From sequence record PV366775.1: a stretch of 32,000 nucleotides of DNA. One strand, given 5' to 3'. Below, piece after piece: positions 25,979 through 32,000 of this stretch (position 1 is the first letter of the stretch; the number at the start of each line of letters is the position of its first letter). A model generated the notes under the pieces. It was not told where the DNA came from. It saw only the letters and a list, made by a program, of their open reading frames with translations, and made no database searches. The stretch comes from Gordonia phage Frizzle. Made by a program: the position numbers and the translations under genes.

Positions 25979-26047
25979 GGTCCCGTAGTAGTAAAGGGCA
26001 AACACGCGCAGACGTGCGAGACTCCGGTTCGAGTCCGGACGGGACCA
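25979..26047 (+). tRNA. tRNA-like element with abnormal anticodon arm (degenerate or non-decoding)
   Basis: Acceptor GGTCCCG/CGGGACC (7/7 bp), T-arm TCCGG-TTCGAGT-CCGGA (5/5), total only 69 nt; best anticodon stem CGCGC/GTGCG closes a 4-nt loop AGAC; D arm weak; no encoded CCA. Confidence 0.5.
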
Positions 26048-26085
26048 CGGCAACCCACCCACCCACTCCCCGCTAGGAGAAGCCA

Positions 26086-26580
26086 GTGTTCGAGGAAGTA
26101 GTAGGGCGAAACTTTCGCCAACTTAGGTTGGACCGGGGACTGACCCACGAGGCGGTGTCTCTCCACGCGCAAGCCCTAGGTCTACCGTGGACGTGCACCC
26201 GCGTCGCGTCCTTCGAGTCTGGGAAGGTAGAGCTGAAACTGCAGACGCTCGACGTTCTAGTCCGCGCACTGGCCAGTGCTTCGGGTAAGGCGGTTCGACA
26301 AGAGGACCTGTTTGAGTCGCTGCCTGGGTTTTGGTCAGAACTGGGAGTGGCGGTACCAGAACCAGTAGACACCGACTCGTCACTCGGACTTCTCGACTAC
26401 CGAGTAGCTAAGAAACTGGGGCGTACTGGGGCTGAAGTGGCCGACGCTGCGCACAAACTTTGGGGCCGGTCGCTTCGAGCCGAGAGAAACCGTCTGGCTC
26501 CCGAAAACGCAAACGACCACCAACTCGGAACGCTGACCCGCCGTTTGACTGAAGAACTACGTAAAGAACTGGAGAACTGA
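26086..26580 (+). CDS. XRE-family helix-turn-helix regulator
   Basis: FRQLRLDRGLTHEAVSLHAQALGLPWTCTRVASFESGKVELKLQTLDVLVRAL. Confidence 0.7.
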   Translation: MFEEVVGRNFRQLRLDRGLTHEAVSLHAQALGLPWTCTRVASFESGKVELKLQTLDVLVRALASASGKAVRQEDLFESLPGFWSELGVAVPEPVDTDSSLGLLDYRVAKKLGRTGAEVADAAHKLWGRSLRAERNRLAPENANDHQLGTLTRRLTEELRKELEN

Positions 26581-26581
26581 A

Positions 26582-27298
26582 GTGAACGCACCCAAGAAGA
26601 CGGTCGAGGAGAAGCGGTTCGCGAAGGTAGCGAAACTGCTTCGCCAGGCCGAGGACGTGAAGGGGACTCCTGAGGAGTTCGCCTTCAAGGAGAAGGCGTT
26701 CGAGCTCGCCGCGCGCTACGGGGTCTCGACCGAACGAGTCCTGCAGTACCTGGCAGACGGTGACCTGGACGCGGCGCAGACCTCGGGCTCGTACAACCGG
26801 CAGGTCACCCTGACCGGCTCGTACCGAGCCGCCCAGGCGGTCCTGGTGGGCTCACTGGCTGAGGCTCTGCACTGCTTCGCGGTCCAGCACGGTTCGGCCG
26901 CAGCCGTTACGGTGGTCGGGGTCCAGGAGCACGTGGACCGGGTCGTGGACCTCTGGGAAGTCCTGGGACCGCTGGCCTTGGAGCAGGTCGAGAAACGAGC
27001 TAACCAGTGGCGCAGGTTCTACACCCGGACCCAACTGCAGCGCTGGCGGCAGTCGTTCTTGTACGGCTTCGCGGTCGAGGTCCGGGAGCGGCTGGAGCGG
27101 CTGGAGGAGGAAGTGGCGAGGCAGGCCGGTGCCCTGGTCCTGTTCAAGAGCGACCGCGAGCGTGCCGAGGAAGGCCTGCTCGAGCTCTACCCGGACGTGC
27201 AGCGAGAGGTGGAGCCGGTCGCCGACGTGGACACCGTGGCGTTCCTGGAGGGTCGAGCCAGTGCCTCCGAAGCAGAGCTTGCTACCCGTCGCTTGTAG
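26582..27298 (+). CDS. DUF2786-like protein
   Basis: RFAKVAKLLRQAEDVKGTPEEFAFKEKAFELAARYGVSTERVL matches the DUF2786 pattern. Confidence 0.6.
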   Translation: MNAPKKTVEEKRFAKVAKLLRQAEDVKGTPEEFAFKEKAFELAARYGVSTERVLQYLADGDLDAAQTSGSYNRQVTLTGSYRAAQAVLVGSLAEALHCFAVQHGSAAAVTVVGVQEHVDRVVDLWEVLGPLALEQVEKRANQWRRFYTRTQLQRWRQSFLYGFAVEVRERLERLEEEVARQAGALVLFKSDRERAEEGLLELYPDVQREVEPVADVDTVAFLEGRASASEAELATRRL

Positions 27299-27356
27299 CT
27301 GCTAGACTACCCAGGTAGTACCCAGAAGAGAAGAAAAAGAGAGAGAAGGTTAGCAA

Positions 27357-28448
27357 GTGGCAAAACTCGACGTGGTCGTCGGAGCCCAGTTCGGCTCGGA
27401 GGCCAAAGGGCGTGTGACGCTGGAGCTGGTACAGCGTCGGCGCGCGGAAGGACGCCAGGTGGTCTCGGTTCGCGTGGGCGGTCCCAACGCCGGACACGTG
27501 GTCTGGGACCAGGGAAACCGGTTCGCGATGCGCTCCCTGCCGGTGGGGTTCGTGGACCCCGACACCCTGCTTCTGGTGGCTCCCGGCTCCGAAGTGGACC
27601 TGGAGGTCCTGCGCGAAGAGGTGGAGCTGGTGGAGTCGCACGGCTACTCGGTACGCGACCGGCTGTGGCTGCACCCGCAGGCCACCTACCTGCACCCGAA
27701 GTACCGCAAGCAGGAACAGGAGAGCTCGCTCGGTGACCGCGTGGGTTCGACGGCCAAAGGGATCGGCGCGGCTCGAGCCGCTCGTGTGTGGCGTACTGCT
27801 CCCCTGGTCGGCGACGTCGGCGAGTTCGGCGAGCTCGGCCGAGTCTACGACTTCCTGCCGCACCTGCAAGACCACGCCAGCGACCCCAACTTCGCAGTGG
27901 TGGTCGAGGGGACGCAGGGCTACGGTCTCGGCCTGCACGCGGGCTACTACCCGCAGTGCACCTCGAACGACGCACGCGGGCTGGACTTTGTCGCCCAGCT
28001 CGGTGCCCCGCTGCCTTGGGACCTGCCGACTCGGACCGACTTCCTGGTCCACCTGGTGGTCCGTCCGTTCCCGATCCGGGTCGCGGGCAACTCCGGTCCG
28101 CTGGCCGGTGAGACCTCCTGGGCCGAACTCGGTGTCCCGGAGGAGCGCACGACGGTGACCAACAAGGTTCGCCGCGTGGGCCAGTTCGAGCCGGAGCTGG
28201 TAGCAGAGGCGGTGCGAGCCAACGGAGTTCGGAACTCGGTCTTGCACCTGAGCTTCGCGGACCAGTTGGCCCCGTACCTGGAAGGTCGCACCGAGGTTTC
28301 GGAGGACTTCTGGTCTTCGCCCGAGGCCGACCGGCTCCAGGAGTTCCTGTACGACCTGCCTTTCAGCCAGAAACTGCTGAGCCTGGGGACCGGACCGCAA
28401 ACCTCGGTCTGGCTCGACTCGCTCTCGACCTACACCGGAGGTGCTTAA
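27357..28448 (+). CDS. purZ: PurZ-like N6-succino-2-amino-2'-deoxyadenylate synthetase (adenylosuccinate synthetase family)
   Basis: VVVGAQFGSEAKGR (PurA GDEGKG with Asp->Ser), VGGPNAGHVV, GSTAKGIGAARAARVWR, VVEGTQGYGLGLHAGYYPQCTS; 363 aa, shorter than typical PurA (~430). Confidence 0.85.
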   Translation: MAKLDVVVGAQFGSEAKGRVTLELVQRRRAEGRQVVSVRVGGPNAGHVVWDQGNRFAMRSLPVGFVDPDTLLLVAPGSEVDLEVLREEVELVESHGYSVRDRLWLHPQATYLHPKYRKQEQESSLGDRVGSTAKGIGAARAARVWRTAPLVGDVGEFGELGRVYDFLPHLQDHASDPNFAVVVEGTQGYGLGLHAGYYPQCTSNDARGLDFVAQLGAPLPWDLPTRTDFLVHLVVRPFPIRVAGNSGPLAGETSWAELGVPEERTTVTNKVRRVGQFEPELVAEAVRANGVRNSVLHLSFADQLAPYLEGRTEVSEDFWSSPEADRLQEFLYDLPFSQKLLSLGTGPQTSVWLDSLSTYTGGA

Positions 28449-29106
28449 GTTGTCCGTGGACTACGTGAACCAGATTTGCTCGGCTCGCCAGGAAGTACCA
28501 GGCGGCGACCTCCGCTGCTTCCTCCCAGAAGGGCACGAGGGCGACCACTACGACAACGACTGGGGCCTGAAGTGGGACCAGCGCGTGGCCGACAACTTCG
28601 TCTACCACCGGCTCGCCGAAGACGACGCCCAGCACCTGAAGGAGGTCGAGAAAGCTACCGAGAGCTCGTTCGTCGAAGAGTCCGAGGAAGAGTGTCCGAC
28701 TGGTCCCGGCTTCCAAGAACAAGCCGAGGCCCACGCGCACTCGCTGGCCGAGGGACTCTCGGCGGTCCTCGCCAGCCACGGGGTCCTGGACCCGACCGTG
28801 CACTGGTGGGTGCAGCACTCGCTGCAGGAGGCCCTGCCAACGGTCGCCAAGGCCAAGGAGTACGGCACTACCGAGCTGGTGGAAGCCGGACGTCTCCTGG
28901 GTTCGCAGCTGGTTGGTTACCAGGGCAAGCCGGTAACCGACCAGCAGGCCCTGGAACTGCAGGTCTACCAGTACGTGGTCGGCAAGCTCGGCCGGTGGAC
29001 TGCGGCCGTACGTCGCGGCGAGTCGGTCAGCGACGACACCTTGTTCGACCTGGGCGTGTACGCCCGACTTGTTCAGAAAGCACGAGAGACCGGAGAGTGG
29101 CCGTGA
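28441..29106 (+). CDS. MazG/DUF1599-like putative nucleotide pyrophosphohydrolase
   Basis: C-terminal YGTTELVEAGRLL...LQVYQYVVGKLGRWTAAVRRGESVSDDTLFDLGVYARLVQKARETGEWP; overlaps purZ stop. Confidence 0.45.
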   Translation: MLKLSVDYVNQICSARQEVPGGDLRCFLPEGHEGDHYDNDWGLKWDQRVADNFVYHRLAEDDAQHLKEVEKATESSFVEESEEECPTGPGFQEQAEAHAHSLAEGLSAVLASHGVLDPTVHWWVQHSLQEALPTVAKAKEYGTTELVEAGRLLGSQLVGYQGKPVTDQQALELQVYQYVVGKLGRWTAAVRRGESVSDDTLFDLGVYARLVQKARETGEWP

Positions 29107-29468
29107 AGCCTGGAGAGTTGTCCGAACGTCAGCAGAAGTGGAACCGGGTCTTCGGTGAGGTCGAGCCGCACAACCACCTGCGGCAGCAGTTGAAGAACCT
29201 CGCCGACTTCCTGCGTAGCTACGGGAACACCGAGCCGACCAGGGTAGGTCAGCTGAACTACCGAGGCGGCAAGGCTGCGTTCCAGGAGCCGCTGACCCGC
29301 TCGGTGCTGTCGGTCCTGAGCTGCTGGAACTCCAAGTTCCGGCTCTCGGCCGCAGCGGCCGAGTTCCTGTCCGACGAGCTGGAGCTCGCGGCCGAGGGTC
29401 TCGAGGACGAGTTCGAAGAGGCCTCGTACCGGCGACTGGTCCACCTGTTGGGACAGGCCGCGAAGTGA
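29103..29468 (+). CDS. hypothetical protein
   Basis: 121 aa from GTG 29103 (GTGA overlap); the 28476 start in the track overlaps the upstream gene. Confidence 0.65.
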   Translation: MKPGELSERQQKWNRVFGEVEPHNHLRQQLKNLADFLRSYGNTEPTRVGQLNYRGGKAAFQEPLTRSVLSVLSCWNSKFRLSAAAAEFLSDELELAAEGLEDEFEEASYRRLVHLLGQAAK

Positions 29469-29950
29469 CCCCTTACCTGTACTTCGCACGCCCGGTGGAC
29501 CAGGCACCGGCCTCGTCGGTCGAGGAGTTGCGGAACCACGCGGAGGAGCCTGCAGTGCGCGGGCTCCTCCCGCTGGTTTTCGCAGTTCGCCAGGCCCTGC
29601 AAGACCCAGTAGTGAAGGCGGTGGTGTTCGAACCGGCCGAGGCCTGGACGCTGCACGGAAACCCGCACCCGGACGGTACCCTACAGCTGGCCAACCTGGC
29701 GGTCCTGGACCTGTGTTCGCACGTGGTCGCGGTTTTGCCGGCAGGGGTGGCCACTGTGGGAGTACCGTTGGAGGTCCAGTTCGCCCTGGACCGCGACAAG
29801 CGCGTCCTGGTCCTGACCGACCACTCCAGCTCGTGGGTGACGGCCAAGTGGGCCGAGGACGGAGCACTGGTTCTGGACGCGAGCCAGTACACGCAAGGTC
29901 AACTCGAGAAGGAAGTGGTGGAGTGGTTCTGTGGACCGTTTGAACTTTAA
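29465..29950 (+). CDS. nucleoside 2-deoxyribosyltransferase-like protein
   Basis: YLYFARPVD... NLAVLDLCSHVVAVLPAGVATVGVPLEVQFALDRDKRVLVLTD. Confidence 0.55.
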   Translation: MTPYLYFARPVDQAPASSVEELRNHAEEPAVRGLLPLVFAVRQALQDPVVKAVVFEPAEAWTLHGNPHPDGTLQLANLAVLDLCSHVVAVLPAGVATVGVPLEVQFALDRDKRVLVLTDHSSSWVTAKWAEDGALVLDASQYTQGQLEKEVVEWFCGPFEL

Positions 29951-30116
29951 GGGAAAAGTCGAAGTGGACCTGAACGAGACGTTCGGTCCGGACACCTCGG
30001 GAGCCTGGTACTCGGCCGTGAGTTCCAGTTACGACCCGGAAACTGACAAGACGACAGTCGAGCTCGCGCCGGTCTACCGGCCGGGAGTAGGAGGTAAGGT
30101 TCGTGTCCGAAAGTAA
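29931..30116 (+). CDS. hypothetical protein
   Basis: 61 aa, GTG start, overlapping neighbours. Confidence 0.55.
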   Translation: MDRLNFKGKVEVDLNETFGPDTSGAWYSAVSSSYDPETDKTTVELAPVYRPGVGGKVRVRK

Positions 30117-30678
30117 CGGAGGCCTGGGGAACTCGCCACTGGAGACTCCCTACGAGTCCGACTTCGGAGGTTTGTTCGCTAACCCGAACCAGCTTCCGCA
30201 GGGGGTCGCACAGGTACGCCACGCGAGAACCAACGGCCTGAACTGGTCGGAGCTGCAGTTCGGTGCGGTCGACCCCGCCAAGGTGGCGTTTCCGCCCGAG
30301 AAGGCCCACGACAACGACGCGGGCTTCGACCTGTACGTCACCGAGCGCGTGGTACTGCGGCCGGGGGAGTTTGCTGACCTGCCGACCAACGTGTGGGTGG
30401 CTCTGCAGGACGAGTACTGGGGCCTGGTTACCGGCCGCTCCTCAGCACTACGCAAGCACGGCCTGCTGGTGCACACTGGCGTGATCGACGCGGGTTACCG
30501 GGGCGAGCTGTTCGCCGGAGCGTTCAACCTGTCCGGCAAGCAGGTGGTGGTCGAGCCGGGTCAGCGGTTGGCCCAGTTCCTGGTGGTGCCTCTTCCCAAC
30601 CTCGGCGCGAAGTGGGTCGAGGGTGAACCGCCACCCGGAACCCGTGGTTCCAACGGTTTCGGGAGTACTGGCCGGTGA
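30103..30678 (+). CDS. dut: dUTPase (deoxyuridine triphosphatase)
   Basis: All five motifs: NDAGFDLYV, GRSSALRKHG, GVIDAGYRGELFAGAFN, GQRLAQFLV, RGSNGFGSTG. Confidence 0.88.
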   Translation: MSESNGGLGNSPLETPYESDFGGLFANPNQLPQGVAQVRHARTNGLNWSELQFGAVDPAKVAFPPEKAHDNDAGFDLYVTERVVLRPGEFADLPTNVWVALQDEYWGLVTGRSSALRKHGLLVHTGVIDAGYRGELFAGAFNLSGKQVVVEPGQRLAQFLVVPLPNLGAKWVEGEPPPGTRGSNGFGSTGR

Positions 30679-30884
30679 GGGCGGTCTCGGAGGAGCCGCG
30701 TGTGTTCGGCGGCAAAGGTGACGACGAGGGTGTGGTGTTCGTGGTCCAGTTCACGAACAAGCCCACGGTGACCCAGGACCGGTACGAGGTGGAGTCGCAC
30801 GAACTGCGGCTGAACAAGGGCCAGGCCCTGCGACTCGCCACGAGGCTGGTCCGACAAGCACTGCTGGAAGGAGTGGGACTGTGA
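30675..30884 (+). CDS. hypothetical protein
   Basis: 69 aa, GTGA overlaps both sides. Confidence 0.6.
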   Translation: MRAVSEEPRVFGGKGDDEGVVFVVQFTNKPTVTQDRYEVESHELRLNKGQALRLATRLVRQALLEGVGL

Positions 30885-31153
30885 GTTGGGTCGAGGTGTA
30901 CTGGGTGGCCTTGCTGGCAGTGCTGTCCTGGAAGCTCGTTTGGTCCGCCACGTCGTGGGTGGTGCGGGTTTTCCTGGACGCTCGCCTGGAGGCCAAGGAA
31001 GAGCAACTGCGGAAGTTGGCCGTAGCCGACCCCAAGGCAGTGGCGTCCCGGCTGGGCCTGCCCGAGGAAGTGGTGAAGCGGTACGTGGAAGGAGAGGGGG
31101 TGAAGCGTGAGCTTCGGGTACACGACCGACCACACCAAGAGGAGTCCAACTGA
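30881..31153 (+). CDS. small membrane-associated protein
   Basis: 90 aa, hydrophobic N-terminus WVEVYWVALLAVLSWKLVWSATSWVVRVF. Confidence 0.55.
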   Translation: MSWVEVYWVALLAVLSWKLVWSATSWVVRVFLDARLEAKEEQLRKLAVADPKAVASRLGLPEEVVKRYVEGEGVKRELRVHDRPHQEESN

Positions 31154-31694
31154 CGACTACCCGACCGACTCACGCTGGGTAGACGTCCTGCTGGATAACA
31201 CCCGTACTGAGCTGCGGTTTGCCCACCTGACCGAGACACCGGTCTTGGACCTGGCGGTGACCGGCCGGTCTCAGTTGGTCGACGCCTTGGCCACGCGTGG
31301 GGTGGACGCCCAGGGTCACGAACTGGACTTCTTCGACCCACAGCACGACGAGTGGTTGCGTTCGGGCGAGTACCACCACGTGACCAACCCACCGTACAAA
31401 CACTTCTGTGACTGGGCACTGCGTGCACTGGAGGTGACCCCTGGGTGTGTGGCCTTGTTGGGTGGTGTGCACGCGTTGGCCAGCAAGCACAGGCGTGAGA
31501 AACTGTGGTTGCCGCACCGCCCGACCGAGGTCTTGGTCGTGGTTAACAACCAGACCGTGTTGGGCAAGACCTCGCAGTTCGCCCACGTCTGGTTCGTGTG
31601 GGACGAGGCCAGGACACCAACTGCTAGGTTAGACTGGGTGCAGGCAGACACCAGCAAGCCAGCCCTGCACCCAAGCAGGAGGCGCGAGGAGTAG
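31107..31694 (+). CDS. putative N6-adenine-type DNA methyltransferase-like protein (NPPY motif)
   Basis: HHVTNPPYKHFCDWALRAL plus degenerate motif I-like VLDLAVTGRSQLVDALATRG; GGAAGGAGAGG upstream of GTG 31107. Confidence 0.5.
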   Translation: MSFGYTTDHTKRSPTDDYPTDSRWVDVLLDNTRTELRFAHLTETPVLDLAVTGRSQLVDALATRGVDAQGHELDFFDPQHDEWLRSGEYHHVTNPPYKHFCDWALRALEVTPGCVALLGGVHALASKHRREKLWLPHRPTEVLVVVNNQTVLGKTSQFAHVWFVWDEARTPTARLDWVQADTSKPALHPSRRREE

Positions 31695-31703
31695 GAGCGC
31701 GAG

Positions 31704-32000
31704 TTGACAGGGCCACGCAGGGACAGTAAACGGTACAGGGCACTCAAGGTAGCCTTTCGCGAAGAGTGCGAAGCCGTGGACTGTCCCTGCTGGCTGTGTG
31801 GGCAACCCGTGGACTGGACCGTTAAGGGTGGGCCAGACGAGCCGGACGGGTTCAGCCTGGACCACTACTACCCTTGGAGTACTCACCCGGAGTACCGGCT
31901 GGACCCTGGGAACTTCCGGTGCGCGCACTGGCTGTGTAACTCGGACCGGGGCGACAAAGAGGCCACCCCCGCACTGGGAGAACCCTCCCGTGTGTGGTAG
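31704..32000 (+). CDS. HNH endonuclease
   Basis: CPCWLCGQPV...FSLDHYYPWSTHPEYRLDPGNFRCAHWLCNSDRG. Confidence 0.8.
   Translation: MTGPRRDSKRYRALKVAFREECEAVDCPCWLCGQPVDWTVKGGPDEPDGFSLDHYYPWSTHPEYRLDPGNFRCAHWLCNSDRGDKEATPALGEPSRVW

Noticed and set aside
25979-26047. attP core derived from a tRNA 3' end
   Set aside because: No integrase or excisionase recognised in the window and the 5' acceptor half is also present; a degenerate full-length tRNA-like element fits better.
25188-26066. 292-aa ORF on - strand
   Set aside because: Antisense to the Cys-rich gene and crosses the terminator and tRNA-like element.
27357-28448. Calling the gene ordinary purA (adenylosuccinate synthetase)
   Set aside because: The conserved GDEGKG Asp is Ser (GSEAKG), the protein is short, and the replication/nucleotide context matches PurZ better; substrate still needs an assay.

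Overview
Contiguous 32-kb segment of a GC-rich actinobacterial siphophage. The lysin A has LGFP-like repeats and a lysin-B-like esterase is present, which points to a mycolic-acid-containing host. Order: end of a probable tape-measure gene and two minor tail genes (+); three small leftward genes; lysis/membrane cassette (+); four tail/fibre genes (+); a leftward replication/recombination block (prim-pol/helicase, probable DUF669/ssDNA-binding protein, Sak4-like ATPase, Cas4/RecB-like nuclease, RuvC-like resolvase, Snf2-like helicase, adenylosuccinate lyase PurB); a ~0.5-kb repeat-rich divergent intergenic region (candidate origin/control region); a rightward block (family A DNA polymerase, lysin-B-like esterase, small proteins, XRE regulator, DUF2786-like protein, PurZ-like succinoaminodeoxyadenylate synthetase, MazG/DUF1599-like protein, deoxyribosyltransferase-like protein, dUTPase, NPPY-motif methyltransferase-like protein, HNH nuclease). 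The main observation is a candidate 2-aminoadenine ('Z') DNA pathway: a PurA-family protein with the catalytic Asp changed to Ser as in PurZ, a phage-encoded PurB, and a family A polymerase with an unusual motif C. No DatZ-like HD protein was seen. Other observations are a family of TTGYG-N18/19-TAAACT promoters, several strong hairpins, and a 69-nt tRNA-like element that appears to lack a normal anticodon loop. All calls are by eye; no searches were run.
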